DNA of 64,000 nucleotides from the NCBI GenBank assembly GCA_963667785.2, contig CAXXMU010000001.1:320001-384000 (forward strand), read 5' to 3'. The translations under genes and the position numbers were made by a program. Below, one piece after another: positions 1-10,108 of this stretch. Source of the DNA: Alphaproteobacteria bacterium (GTDB lineage Bacteria > Pseudomonadota > Alphaproteobacteria > UBA828). The notes beneath the pieces were generated by a model. It saw only the letters and a list, made by a program, of their open reading frames with translations. It ran no database searches and had not been told where the DNA came from. The first letter of the stretch is position 1, and every line of letters begins with the position of its first letter.

Positions 1-1165
1 CTTTCGGGTGATCGACCTGACCACCATGGTCTCGGGCCCGTTCGCGACCATGATGCTGGGCGACCAGGGCGCGGACGTGATCAAGGTGGAGGCGCCCGGC
101 GGCGGCGATCACGTGCGCACCGGCGGCAATCGCGCCGGCGGCCTCGCCACCCAGTTCATCAACACCAACAGGAACAAGCGCTCGATCGCCGTCGATCTCA
201 AGCACCCGCGCGGGCGGGAGGTGGTGGGGCGCCTCGCCGCCGGTGCCGACGTCTTCATCCAGAACTTCCGGCCGGGCGTGGTCGATCGCCTCGGCGTCGG
301 CGAGCCCGAGATCCGCGCGGCGAGCCCGCAGATCGTCTATGTCTCGATCAGCGGCTTCGGCGAGGCCGGCCCCTACGCCACGAAGCGCGTCTACGATCCC
401 ATCATCCAGGCCGCGTCGGGCCTGGCCTCGGTCCAGGGCGGCTCGGACGATGCGCGCCCGCGCCTCATCCGCACCATCCTGCCGGACAAGCTCACCGCCG
501 TGACCGCGGCCCAGGCGGTGACCGCGGCCCTGCTCGCCCGCGCGCGTAGCGGCGAGGGCCAGCACGTGCGCCTTTCCATGCTCGACGCGGTGGTGGCCTT
601 CCTCTGGGCCTCGGACATGGGCGGGCATACCTTCGTCGATCAGCCTGCGGACGGGCAGCGGGCGGCGAGCTTCATCGACCTGATCTACGAGACGCGCGAC
701 GGCTTCATGAGCGTCGCCGTGATGAGCGATCGCGAATGGCGCGGCCTCGCGCGCGCCGCGGAGCGACCGGAATGGCTGGAGGACGAGCGCTTCAAGACGC
801 CTGCGCTCCGCGACGAGAACATCGACGAGCGGCTCGCGCTGACCCAGGAGGCGATCCGCACCCGCACCACCGCCGAATGGATGGAGCGGCTGGAAGCGGA
901 AGACGTGCCCTGTGCGCCGGTGCTGACGCGCAGCCAGCTCGTCGAGCACCCGCAAGTCGCCGCCGGCGACACGCTCGTCGAGTACGACCACCCGGCAGCG
1001 GGCCGGCTGCGCCAGGCGGGGCCGGCGGCCAGCTTCGAGGCGACCCCGGCGACGGTGCGCCGTGGGGCGCCGCTGCTCGGCGAGCACACCGACGAGCTGC
1101 TGGGCGAGGCCGGGTTCTCCGCCGAGGGCATCGCCACGCTGCGCGGCGACGGCGTGGTCGCCTGA
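1..1165 (+). CDS. CaiB/BaiF family III CoA-transferase (5' end probably outside window)
   Basis: Frame is open from the window edge (FRVIDLT..SGPFATMMLGDQGADVIKVE); NRNKRS, NFRPG, SISGFG, YDPIIQA and C-terminal PLLGEHT motifs. Confidence 0.93.
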   Translation, partial: FRVIDLTTMVSGPFATMMLGDQGADVIKVEAPGGGDHVRTGGNRAGGLATQFINTNRNKRSIAVDLKHPRGREVVGRLAAGADVFIQNFRPGVVDRLGVGEPEIRAASPQIVYVSISGFGEAGPYATKRVYDPIIQAASGLASVQGGSDDARPRLIRTILPDKLTAVTAAQAVTAALLARARSGEGQHVRLSMLDAVVAFLWASDMGGHTFVDQPADGQRAASFIDLIYETRDGFMSVAVMSDREWRGLARAAERPEWLEDERFKTPALRDENIDERLALTQEAIRTRTTAEWMERLEAEDVPCAPVLTRSQLVEHPQVAAGDTLVEYDHPAAGRLRQAGPAASFEATPATVRRGAPLLGEHTDELLGEAGFSAEGIATLRGDGVVA

Positions 1166-1172
1166 GCCGCCC

Positions 1173-2729
1173 GTGAGCTGGCAGGCGGAAGCCGACGAGC
1201 TCGCGGCCAAGCGGGCGCTCGCCGAGGCCCAGGGCGGCGCGGAGGCGGTGGCGCGTCAGCACGGCAAGGGGCGCCTCACCGTCCGCGAGCGGATCGCCGC
1301 CATGGTGGACGAGGGCACCTTCCGCGAGCTCGGCACTGCCGCCGGCGAGGCGGAGCGCGGCGAGGACGGCACGCTCACCGGCTTCACGCCAGCCAACTTC
1401 GTCCTCGGCTTCGGCAGGGTGGAGGGGCGCCGCTGCGTGGTCGGCGGCGAGGACTTCACGCTCGCCGGCGGCTCGCCCAACGAGGCGGGGCTGCGCAAGA
1501 GCGTCTACGCCGAACAGCTCGCCATCTCGCACCGGGTGCCGCTGATCCGCCTGCACGAGGGCGCCGGCGGCAGCGTCGGCGGCCCCGGCTCGAAGAAGAA
1601 GGCCGCGCCCTCCGGCGGGCCGGTCTACGCGCCGCCGCGCTTCCAGTCGGTGGGCGAGGCGATGGCGACGGTGCCGGTCTGCGCCGCAGCCCTCGGCCCG
1701 GTGGCGGGCCTGCCGGCCTCCCGCCTGGTGGCATCGCATTTCTCGGTCATGACCGAGAACGCCCAGGTGCTGGTCGCCGGGCCGGCGCTGGTCGCGCGCG
1801 CGCTCGGCAAGCGGCCGAGCAAGGAGGCGCTCGGCGGCCCCCAGGTGCATGCGCGGAACGGCGTGGTCGACAATCTGGCGCCGGACGAGGAGGCGGCCTT
1901 CGCCGAGATCCGGCGCTTCCTGAGCTATCTGCCGGCCAATGTCTGGGAGCCCCTGCCGCGCGGGCCCGGCGACGACCCGGCGGACCGGCACGCCGAGGAG
2001 CTGATCGCCATCGTGCCGCGCAACCGGCGCAAGCTCTACGACATGCGCCGCGTGATCGCGCTGGTGCTGGACGAGGGCTCGTTCTTCGAGATCGGCCGCC
2101 TCTACGGGCCCGGCCTGATCACGGGATTCGCCCGGCTTTCGGGCTACCCGGTCGGCGTGCTCGCTAACGACTGCTGGCACCTCGCCGGCGCCATGACCGC
2201 CGCCGGCGCGCAGAAGACGCGGCGCTTCGTCGAGCTCTGCGACAGCTTCCACATGCCCGTCGTCAGCCTGATCGACGAGCCGGGCTTCATGATCGGGACC
2301 GAGGCCGAGCAGGCCGGCACCATCCGCTTCGGCACGGCGGCGGTGCTGGCGGTGGCGGGATGCGCCGTGCCCTGGGCCTCGGTGATCGTGCGCAAGGCTC
2401 ACGGCGTCGCCGCCGCCGCCCACTTCGGTCCCGACGCCTTCGTGCTCGCCTGGCCGTCCGCCGAGATGGGCGCGCTGCCGGTGGAAGGCGGCGTCGCCGT
2501 CGCCTTCGGCCGCGCCATCGCCAAGGCCGACGACCCGGCGGCGGAGCGCGAGCGGCTGGAGGCGGAGATGCTGGCGCGCCAGTCGCCCGAGCCCCGCGCC
2601 GAGGCCTTCTCGATCCACGAGCTGATCGACCCGCGCGAGACCCGGCCCCTGCTCTGCGAGTGGATCGAGCGGGTCCAGCCGATGCTGCCCCCGCTCGCCG
2701 GGCCCCGGCGCTTCCCCGTGCGACCCTGA
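1173..2729 (+). CDS. Acyl-CoA carboxylase/decarboxylase carboxyltransferase (beta-subunit family)
   Basis: RQHGKGRLTVRERI, GEDFTLAGGS, AGPALV, LIDEPGFMIG, IDPRETR; GTG start at 1173 just after the upstream stop. Confidence 0.9.
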   Translation: MSWQAEADELAAKRALAEAQGGAEAVARQHGKGRLTVRERIAAMVDEGTFRELGTAAGEAERGEDGTLTGFTPANFVLGFGRVEGRRCVVGGEDFTLAGGSPNEAGLRKSVYAEQLAISHRVPLIRLHEGAGGSVGGPGSKKKAAPSGGPVYAPPRFQSVGEAMATVPVCAAALGPVAGLPASRLVASHFSVMTENAQVLVAGPALVARALGKRPSKEALGGPQVHARNGVVDNLAPDEEAAFAEIRRFLSYLPANVWEPLPRGPGDDPADRHAEELIAIVPRNRRKLYDMRRVIALVLDEGSFFEIGRLYGPGLITGFARLSGYPVGVLANDCWHLAGAMTAAGAQKTRRFVELCDSFHMPVVSLIDEPGFMIGTEAEQAGTIRFGTAAVLAVAGCAVPWASVIVRKAHGVAAAAHFGPDAFVLAWPSAEMGALPVEGGVAVAFGRAIAKADDPAAERERLEAEMLARQSPEPRAEAFSIHELIDPRETRPLLCEWIERVQPMLPPLAGPRRFPVRP

Positions 2730-2819
2730 CCGACCGCCCTTGACCGCCCTGTTGTGATGCCGGGTGGCGCTCGCTAGGGTCGCCGACCGGGGAGAGGAAA
2801 CACGAGCGGAGAGAAGGAC

Positions 2820-3356
2820 ATGGCGGAAGGGGAGCGCGGCTCCGAGACGCCGGCTTCGGGGCCGGTGCGCACGCTGGATCATGTCGGCATCTCGGTGCCG
2901 GACATCGACGCGGCCGTCGCCTGGTACCGCGACGTCCTCGGCTGCTACGTGCTGATGGAGCCGATCGAGGGCCATGCCGACGACAGCTATTTCGGGCAGA
3001 TCGTCGGCGACATCTTCGGCGCCGACTTCAAGGGCATGAAGATCGCCCACCTGGCGACCGCCGACGGCGTCGGCATCGAGCTCTTCGAGTTCCTCGCCAA
3101 CGCTCCGCAGGAGGAGCACTTCGCGTACTGGAAGACCGGCATCTTTCACATCTGCATCCTGGAGCCCGACATCGAGGGCCTGGCGAAGCGGATCGACGAG
3201 AGCGGCGGGCGCCAGCGCAGCAAGGTGTGGAAGCTCTGGCCGGACAAGCCCTACAAGGTCTGCTACTGCGAGGACCCGTGGGGCACGATCATCGAGGTCA
3301 GCTCCCACCCCTACGTCATGGCCTGGTCCAACTTCATCCCGCGGCACGGGGACTGA
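2820..3356 (+). CDS. VOC/glyoxalase (lactoylglutathione lyase-like) protein
   Basis: DHVGISVPDIDAAVAWY, GIELFEF, GIFHIC, YCEDPWGTIIE; RBS AAGGA upstream. Confidence 0.9.
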   Translation: MAEGERGSETPASGPVRTLDHVGISVPDIDAAVAWYRDVLGCYVLMEPIEGHADDSYFGQIVGDIFGADFKGMKIAHLATADGVGIELFEFLANAPQEEHFAYWKTGIFHICILEPDIEGLAKRIDESGGRQRSKVWKLWPDKPYKVCYCEDPWGTIIEVSSHPYVMAWSNFIPRHGD

Positions 3357-3393
3357 GCGTCCCGCCGTCCGTCGTGCGGGCTAGAGACGGGAC

Positions 3394-4557
3394 ATGACGG
3401 TCTCCCGGCTGCGCGCCATCCCCGGCATCGGCGTGGACCGCATGGGCGACGCGGCGGATGCGGCGCGCGATCCCGAGATGCTCCGCCTGGAGAATCTGGA
3501 CACCGACATCCCGCCGCCGCAGGCCGCCATCGACGCCACCCGCGCCGCCGCCGGCCGCGACGACGCCAACAGCTACCTGCCCTTCCTCGGAACGGACGCG
3601 CTGAGGCAGGCCGTGGTCGCGCGCCTCGCTGTGGACACCGGCGTCGCCTACGACTGGCGCGCGCAATGCGTGATCTCGGCGGGCGGCCTCTCCGGCATCC
3701 TCAATGCCCTGCTCGCCATGCTCGAGCCCGGCGACGAGGTCATCATCAGCGATCCCGCCTACGCCGGCCTCATCAACCGCATCCGCCTCGCCGGCGGCGT
3801 GCCGCGCCTGGTGCCGCTGCGGGTCGCAGACGGCGGCTGGCGCCTCGACCTGGATGCGCTGGCCGCGGCAGCGAGCGAACGCACGAAGGTCGTGCTCACC
3901 ATGAGCCCCTCCATGCCGAGCGGCGTCGTCCACACGGCTGCGGAATGGCGGGCGATCGCCGCCGTGGTGGATCGCACCGGCGCCTGGCTCCTGCACGACG
4001 CGGCGATGGAGCGGCTTCTCTTTGCGGGCGCGCCGGCGCTCAATCCGGCCCGCATGCCGGCGCTCGCCGAGCGGACGGTGACCGTCGGCAGCGTCTCCAA
4101 GGAATACCGGATGATCGGCTGGCGGGTCGGCTGGATCGCGGGGCCGGCGGAGATCATCAAGGACATCGGGCTGGTCAGCCTGACCAACGTGGTCTGCCAG
4201 GTGGGCATCGGCATGCCGGGGGCTGCGGCGGCACTCAGCGCGGAAGACGACGGAATCGCCGCGGCGGTCGCCGAATGGCAGGCGCGGCGGGACGTCATCC
4301 TCGCGGAACTGGCGGACCTGCCCGTGGTTCGCCCCGACGGCGGCTGGTCTCTGCTGATCGACACGGCGAGCCTCGGGATGGACCCGTCCGAGGCTTCCCG
4401 GCGCCTGTTCGAGAAGGGGAAGATCGCCGCGACGCCGATGACCGGCTGGGGCAGCGGGGAGATCGCCGGCCGCTACCTGCGCTTCGTCTTCGCCAACGAG
4501 CCCCGGGCGCGCCTCGCGGGCCTGCGCGAACGCGTCCGCGCCGCGTGGTCGGTCTGA
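3394..4557 (+). CDS. PLP-dependent aminotransferase class I/II
   Basis: EPGDEVII..PAY, SPSMPSG, SVSKEYRMIGWRVGW (PLP lysine), YLRFVF. Confidence 0.9.
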   Translation: MTVSRLRAIPGIGVDRMGDAADAARDPEMLRLENLDTDIPPPQAAIDATRAAAGRDDANSYLPFLGTDALRQAVVARLAVDTGVAYDWRAQCVISAGGLSGILNALLAMLEPGDEVIISDPAYAGLINRIRLAGGVPRLVPLRVADGGWRLDLDALAAAASERTKVVLTMSPSMPSGVVHTAAEWRAIAAVVDRTGAWLLHDAAMERLLFAGAPALNPARMPALAERTVTVGSVSKEYRMIGWRVGWIAGPAEIIKDIGLVSLTNVVCQVGIGMPGAAAALSAEDDGIAAAVAEWQARRDVILAELADLPVVRPDGGWSLLIDTASLGMDPSEASRRLFEKGKIAATPMTGWGSGEIAGRYLRFVFANEPRARLAGLRERVRAAWSV

Positions 4558-4669
4558 AGGGACGCGCCCTCGTCCGGCGCATAACGGACTCGCGCCGCCC
4601 GGCCCCTGCGATATACTCCGCCCCCGGATTTCCGCCGCCCGCCCCGCAATCACCGAGACGCGCCCGTCG

Positions 4670-4951
4670 ATGAACGCGCTGGCCGACCTCATCCACGCCG
4701 TCTTCTCGATCTACATCTACCTGCTCATCGCGTCTGCGCTGATCAGCTGGCTGGTGGCGTTCAACGTGATCAACACGAGCAACCGCTTCGTGTACATGCT
4801 GCTGAGCTTCCTCCACCGCATCACGGAGCCGGCGCTGAGACCCATCCGGCGCATCATCCCCAACCTCGGCGGCATCGACATATCGCCGGTCATCCTGATC
4901 CTCATCCTCTACTTCGTCCGCGACCTCGTCGTGGACAACATCGTCCCTTGA
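4670..4951 (+). CDS. yggT: YggT family membrane protein
   Basis: [33 protein letters not shown] signature; upstream of folD as usual in alphaproteobacteria. Confidence 0.93.
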   Translation: MNALADLIHAVFSIYIYLLIASALISWLVAFNVINTSNRFVYMLLSFLHRITEPALRPIRRIIPNLGGIDISPVILILILYFVRDLVVDNIVP

Positions 4952-5027
4952 TCCGCTGATCCGCCCGCCGGCGACGCGCCCGCGCGCTGCCGGAGCAGAC
5001 GAAGCCAGGCCTGAGCGAGGAACATCC

Positions 5028-5909
5028 ATGAGCGAGGCGGTCATCATCGACGGCAAGGCATTCGCGGCCGACTTGCGCGCCGATGTCGGGCGCAGGGCGG
5101 CGCTGCTGAAGGAGCGGCACGGGCTCGTGCCGGGGCTCTCGGTCGTGCTGGTGGGCGACGACCCGGCGAGCCACGTCTACGTCCGCAACAAGGGCAAGGC
5201 CACCGTCGCCGCCGGCATGGATTCGCAGGAGTACCGCCTGCCCGCGACCGCGAGCCATGCCGAGGTGCTGGAGACGGTCGAGAGGCTGAACGCGGACGAT
5301 TCCGTGCACGGCATCCTGGTCCAGCTCCCGCTGCCCGACCAGGTGGAGTCCGACGCGATCATCAACGCCATCGACCCGGACAAGGACGTCGACGGCTTCC
5401 ACACCACCAACGTGGGCCGGCTCACCACCGGGCAGGAGAGCCTGGTGCCGTGCACGCCGCTCGGCTGCATGCTGATGCTGCGCCACTTCGTGGGCGAGCT
5501 GAAGGGCAAGCGGGCGATGATCGTCGGCCGCTCCAACATCGTCGGCAAGCCGATGGCGGCGCTGCTGCTGCGCGAGCACTGCACCGTCACCATCGGCCAT
5601 TCGCGCACCCAGGACCTGCCCGGCGAGTGCCGCCGCGCCGATGTCCTCATCGCAGCCGTGGGGCGGGCGGAGATGATCCGCGGCGACTGGGTCAAGCCGG
5701 GCGCTGCGGTCATCGACGTCGGCATCAACCGGGTGCCGGCGGGCGAGAAGACCAGGCTGGTGGGCGACGTCTGCTTCGAGGAGGCGGTGGAGAACGCCGG
5801 CTGGATCACCCCGGTGCCGGGCGGCGTCGGGCCGATGACCATCGCGTGTCTCCTGAAGAACACGCTGAGCGCCGCCTGCCGGCGCCACGGGGTCGACGAG
5901 CCCGAATAG
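5028..5909 (+). CDS. folD: Bifunctional methylenetetrahydrofolate dehydrogenase/cyclohydrolase
   Basis: [47 protein letters not shown]. Confidence 0.98.
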   Translation: MSEAVIIDGKAFAADLRADVGRRAALLKERHGLVPGLSVVLVGDDPASHVYVRNKGKATVAAGMDSQEYRLPATASHAEVLETVERLNADDSVHGILVQLPLPDQVESDAIINAIDPDKDVDGFHTTNVGRLTTGQESLVPCTPLGCMLMLRHFVGELKGKRAMIVGRSNIVGKPMAALLLREHCTVTIGHSRTQDLPGECRRADVLIAAVGRAEMIRGDWVKPGAAVIDVGINRVPAGEKTRLVGDVCFEEAVENAGWITPVPGGVGPMTIACLLKNTLSAACRRHGVDEPE

Positions 5910-5924
5910 GTGAGCCGGGCGGGC

Positions 5925-6356
5925 TCAGAGCAGGCCGAGGTCGCGGAGCTCGGCCTCCATCTCGGGCGGGAAGGAGTCTTCCCGCGCCGTGACCGCGCCC
6001 ACCGGGCCGAGATCGCGCGGCGCTGACGTACCCTCCAGGTAGCGCCAGCCCTGGTGCGGGCGTCGGCGCACCGGATCGGTCGCGATCAGCTCCGGGTCCA
6101 GGACGATCGCGCACTTGGGCTTGCCGCCCGCCTCCGTCTCGTGCCGGTCGAGGGCCAGGATGCGCTGGCGCACCCGGATGCGGTGCCTGATGACCCAGTA
6201 CATGGAGCCGCCGTCGAGGATTTCGTCGGCGCGGCGCGGGCGGAAGCGGGTGACGTGGATCAGGCGGCCGGTGCGCCACAGCCGCTGCGCCTGAACCGAG
6301 CGCAGGTGGTCGACCCCCTCGATGCCGACGGCCAGCTTCAGCAGGTTGAGACTCAC
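5925..6356 (-). CDS. DUF1489 family protein
   Basis: LNLLKLAVG, TRFRPRRADEILDGGSMYWVI, RRPHQGWRYL, ELRDLGLL. Confidence 0.88.
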   Translation of the reverse strand: MSLNLLKLAVGIEGVDHLRSVQAQRLWRTGRLIHVTRFRPRRADEILDGGSMYWVIRHRIRVRQRILALDRHETEAGGKPKCAIVLDPELIATDPVRRRPHQGWRYLEGTSAPRDLGPVGAVTAREDSFPPEMEAELRDLGLL

Positions 6357-6357
6357 C

Positions 6358-7143
6358 TCACGCGCGCCATTTTGGCGCCCGCTTCTCGAGAAAGGCGGCG
6401 ATGCCCTCCCTGCCCTCGTCGGAGGCGCGGGCGGCGGCGATGCGGCGGGCGACGTCGTCGGCCAGCGCCTCGTCGATGGGCCGGCCGGAGACCGCGTCGA
6501 TCAGCGCCTTCGCCCGGCGGTGGGCGTCCGGCGAGCCCTGCAGCAGCATCGCCACGACCTCGGCGCCGCGGGCCGCGAGCGCCTCGGCGGGCAGGACCTC
6601 GTGCACCAGCCCGATCCGCCGGGCGTGCGCGGCATCGAAGCGCTCGCCGGTGAGCATGAGGCGGCGGGCGTGCGATTCGCCGACGGCCCGGATCACGTAG
6701 GGGCTGATCACGGCGGGAATCAGGCCGAGGCGTACTTCGGTCAGCGCGAAGGAGGCGCGCTCGGCCGCGAGCGCGATGTCGCAGGCGCTGACCAGCCCGA
6801 CGCCGCCGCCGTAGGCCGGCCCCTGCACCAGCGCCACGGTCGGCGTCGGCAGGCCCCCCAGCACTGTGAGAAGGCGCGCCAGCGCCCGGGCGTCGGCGAC
6901 GTTCTCTTCTCGTGTGAAGGCGGCGGCTCTCTTCATGTGGGCGAGATCGGCGCCGGCGCAGAAGGATTTTCCGCGCCCGGCGAGCACCACCACGCGCACG
7001 TCGTCGCGCGCCGCCACGTCCTCCAGCGTGCGCGTGAGCCGGGCGATCAGCGCGTCATCGAAGGCGTTGTGCGTCTCCGGCCGGTTCAGCGTGACCGTGG
7101 CGACCGCGCCGTCGACGGCGAGCAGGACGGTGTCGTCCGTCAC
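6358..7143 (-). CDS. liuC: Enoyl-CoA hydratase family; probable methylglutaconyl-CoA hydratase
   Basis: TLNRPETHNAF, FCAGADL, GGGVGL, EVRLGLIPAVISPYV; directly downstream of the MCC beta subunit. Confidence 0.85.
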   Translation of the reverse strand: MTDDTVLLAVDGAVATVTLNRPETHNAFDDALIARLTRTLEDVAARDDVRVVVLAGRGKSFCAGADLAHMKRAAAFTREENVADARALARLLTVLGGLPTPTVALVQGPAYGGGVGLVSACDIALAAERASFALTEVRLGLIPAVISPYVIRAVGESHARRLMLTGERFDAAHARRIGLVHEVLPAEALAARGAEVVAMLLQGSPDAHRRAKALIDAVSGRPIDEALADDVARRIAAARASDEGREGIAAFLEKRAPKWRA

Positions 7144-7147
7144 GGCC

Positions 7148-8752
7148 CTACATCCGGAACACGCCGAAGCGCGTGGCCGCCGCCGGGCCGTGCGCGACGA
7201 TGCCGAGCGCGCGCGCCAGCACGTGGCGCGTCTCGGCCGGGTCGATCACGCCGTCGTGCCAGAGCCGGGCTGCGGCATAGTAGGGATTCCCCTGCTCCTC
7301 GTACTGGGAGAGGATCGGCGCTTTGAATTCGGCCTCCTCGGCCTCGCTCCAGTCGGCACCGTCCGCCTCCATGCGGTCGCGCCTGATGCGGGCCAGTACG
7401 CTCGCCGCCTGCTCGCCGCCCATCACCGAGATGCGCGCGTTCGGCCACATCCAGAGGAAGCGGGGGCCGAAGGCGCGGCCGCACATGCCGTAGTTCCCGG
7501 CGCCGAAGCTGCCGCCGATGATGACCGTGAGCTTGGGCACGGCCGCGCACGAGACCGCGGTGACGAGCTTGGCGCCGTCCTTGGCGATGCCGCCCTGCTC
7601 GTAGCGCTTGCCCACCATGAAGCCGACGATGTTCTGCAGGAAGAGCAGCGGGATGTCGCGCTGGCAGCAGAGCTCGATGAAGTGCGCGCCCTTGAGCGAG
7701 GATTCGGAGAAGAGGATGCCGTTGTTGGCGAGGATGCCGACGAGATGCCCGCCGATGCGGGCGAAGCCGGTCACCAGCGTGGCGCCGTAGCGGGCCTTGA
7801 ACTCGTCGAACTCGCTGCCGTCCGCGATGCGGGCGATGACCTCGCGCACGTTGAACATGGTCCGGAGCGACGGCGGCACGACGCCGTAGATCCCGGTGGG
7901 GTCGTGCACCGGGTCGGGCGCCGGGCGGGCGGGCGGTCCTGCCGGCGCGGCGCCGAGGCGGGCGACGATGGCGCGCGCCCGGCGGATGGCATCGGCGTCG
8001 TCCGCCGCCATGTGGTCGGCGACGCCGGAGAGCCTGGTGTGCACGTCGGCGCCGCCCAGCTCCTCGGCGCTCACCACCTCGCCGGTGGCCGCCTTCACCA
8101 GCGGCGGGCCGCCCAGGAAGATCGTGCCCTGCTCCTTGACGATGACGGTCTCGTCGGACATCGCCGGCACGTAGGCGCCGCCCGCCGTGCACGAGCCCAT
8201 CACCACCGCCACCTGGGCGATGCCCTTCGCCGACATGCGCGCCTGGTTGTAGAAGATGCGGCCGAAGTGCTCGCGGTCCGGGAACACCTCGTCCTGGTGC
8301 GGCAGGTTGGCGCCGCCGGAATCCACCAGATAGAGGCAGGGCAGGCGGTTCTGCTCGGCGATCTCCTGGGCGCGAATGTGCTTCTTGACGGTCAGCGGGT
8401 AGTAGGTGCCGCCCTTGACCGTCGCGTCGTTGGCGATCACCACGCACTCGCGCCCCGCGATGCGGCCGATGCCGGTGATGATGCCGGCGGCGGGCACGTC
8501 CGCGCCGTAGAGCCCGTCGGCGGCGAGCGCCGAGAGCTCCAGGAAGGGCGTGCCCTCGTCGAGCAGCGCCGCCACCCGCTCGCGCGGCAGCATCTTGCCG
8601 CGCGCCCGGTGCCGCTCTTGTGCCTGCGCCGGGCCGCCGGCGCGCACGCGGGCGTGGCGCTCGGCGAGGTCGTCCACCAGCGCCCGCATGGCGGCCTCGT
8701 TGGCCTTGAACTTGTCCGAGGCCGGATCGGCCGTCGAGCGCAGAACCTCCAT
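7148..8752 (-). CDS. liuB: 3-methylcrotonyl-CoA carboxylase beta subunit
   Basis: [51 protein letters not shown]-terminal FGVFRM; ATG 8752 with RBS GAGAGG. Confidence 0.93.
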   Translation of the reverse strand: MEVLRSTADPASDKFKANEAAMRALVDDLAERHARVRAGGPAQAQERHRARGKMLPRERVAALLDEGTPFLELSALAADGLYGADVPAAGIITGIGRIAGRECVVIANDATVKGGTYYPLTVKKHIRAQEIAEQNRLPCLYLVDSGGANLPHQDEVFPDREHFGRIFYNQARMSAKGIAQVAVVMGSCTAGGAYVPAMSDETVIVKEQGTIFLGGPPLVKAATGEVVSAEELGGADVHTRLSGVADHMAADDADAIRRARAIVARLGAAPAGPPARPAPDPVHDPTGIYGVVPPSLRTMFNVREVIARIADGSEFDEFKARYGATLVTGFARIGGHLVGILANNGILFSESSLKGAHFIELCCQRDIPLLFLQNIVGFMVGKRYEQGGIAKDGAKLVTAVSCAAVPKLTVIIGGSFGAGNYGMCGRAFGPRFLWMWPNARISVMGGEQAASVLARIRRDRMEADGADWSEAEEAEFKAPILSQYEEQGNPYYAAARLWHDGVIDPAETRHVLARALGIVAHGPAAATRFGVFRM

Positions 8753-8871
8753 CGCCTCTCCTCTGGGCGGCTCCGTCAAGGTACAGGTGCCCGGCGCCGA
8801 TGCAACAGCCCGCGGCGTTCGCATCGTGGACGCCTGTTATCATGTGCCATTGCCGACGGAGGGAGACCGCC

Positions 8872-9867
8872 ATGCGCCTGCCGACGCTTGCCCAGTTCCA
8901 GGACGCCGCCGCGTTCGTCCACGAGACTCTCGACCCCACGCCGCAGATCGCCTGGCCGCTGCTGGCGGCGCGGACCGGGGCCGAGGTCTGGGTCAAGCAC
9001 GAGAACCACACGCCCATCGGCGCCTTCAAGGTGCGGGGCGGCCTCGTCTTCATGGACGACCTGCGCCGGCACGGGCAGGTCGCGGGCGTCGTCGCCGCCA
9101 CCAGGGGCAATCACGGCCAGAGCATCGCCTTCTCCGCGTCCCGGCTCGGCCTCGCCGCGACGCTCGTCGTGCCGGAGGGCAACGCCGCCGGCAAGAACGC
9201 GGCGATGGCTGCGTTCGGCGGCGAGCTGGTGATACACGGCACGGACTTCGAGGAGGCCTTCGCGCACGCGGAAGCGCTGGCGGCGGAGCGCGGGCTGGCG
9301 ATGGTTCCCTCCTTCGACGAGCGCCTCATCCGGGGCGTCGGCACCTATGCGCTGGAGCTCTTCACCGCCGTGCCCGACCTCGATGCCGTCTACGTGCCGG
9401 TGGGGCTGGGGTCCGGCATCTGCGGGCTGATGGGGGTGCGTGACGCGCTCGGGCTCAAGACCGAGATCATCGGCGTCGTCGCCGAGGGCGCCAACTGCTA
9501 TGCGCTCAGCTACGAGGCGCGGCGGCCGGTCTCGATCAACCGGGCCACCACCGTCGTGGGCGACGGCATCGCCACCCGCGAGCCCTCGCCCGTAGCGCTG
9601 GAGGTGATCCTCGCCGGCTGCGCCCGCATCGTCAGCGTCTCCGACGACGAGATGCTCGATGCCATCGCCGCCTACCACGCCGATACCCACAACCTTGCCG
9701 AGGGCGCGGGCGCGTCGCCGCTGGCTGCGCTCATGCAGGAGCGCGCCGCCATGGCGGGCAAGAAGGTGGGGCTGATCCTCTCCGGCGGCAACGTGGACCC
9801 GGGCGTCTACGCCCGGGCGCTGGCGCGGCTCGACGCCGGCCCGGCTGCGCCTGTGGTGGTGCAGTAG
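8872..9867 (+). CDS. Threonine dehydratase/PALP-family PLP enzyme
   Basis: KHENHTPIGAFKVRG, ATRGNHG, PVGLGSG, LSGGNVD; RBS GGAG before ATG 8872. Confidence 0.9.
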   Translation: MRLPTLAQFQDAAAFVHETLDPTPQIAWPLLAARTGAEVWVKHENHTPIGAFKVRGGLVFMDDLRRHGQVAGVVAATRGNHGQSIAFSASRLGLAATLVVPEGNAAGKNAAMAAFGGELVIHGTDFEEAFAHAEALAAERGLAMVPSFDERLIRGVGTYALELFTAVPDLDAVYVPVGLGSGICGLMGVRDALGLKTEIIGVVAEGANCYALSYEARRPVSINRATTVVGDGIATREPSPVALEVILAGCARIVSVSDDEMLDAIAAYHADTHNLAEGAGASPLAALMQERAAMAGKKVGLILSGGNVDPGVYARALARLDAGPAAPVVVQ

Positions 9868-9872
9868 AGGGC

Positions 9873-10108
9873 CTAGAGCAAATTCTGACCAGACGGGGTC
9901 AGGTCCGGTTGTCGCACGCTCCCCCCGTTCGCGTGCAGTGCGGCTGAAGACTCCCCCACCTCACCCCGGCCCTCTCCGCCCCCAGGGGCGGAGAGGGAGA
10001 ACGAGCCGGCGCCGTCTACGTTCCCCCTCCGCCTTTGGGGGAGGGGGACAGGGGGAGGTGGGCGTCCTTCGGGCTGTCGCGATCTCGTTAGGTCGGGAAA
10101 CGCTCTAA
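9873..10108. mobile_element. RIME/CIR-like non-autonomous intergenic element containing a nested REP-like doublet
   Basis: Imperfect terminal inverted repeats TAGAGCAAATTCTGACC / GGTCGGGAAACGCTCTA; internal hairpins CCCTCTCCGCCCC-A-GGGGCGGAGAGGG and TCCCCCTCC..GGAGGGGGA; right end overlaps the TAG stop of the adjacent permease. Confidence 0.7.

Noticed and set aside
792-3347. Long antisense or alternate-frame ORFs (e.g. 792-3347, 17084-19369, 32839-36432, and the upstream part of 55600-58335)
   Set aside because: Arg/Ala/Gly/Pro-rich shadows of real genes, expected at this GC content; no family motifs
6358-8752. liuB-liuC without liuA, liuD or liuE
   Set aside because: Split leucine-catabolism operons are common; the partners are probably elsewhere
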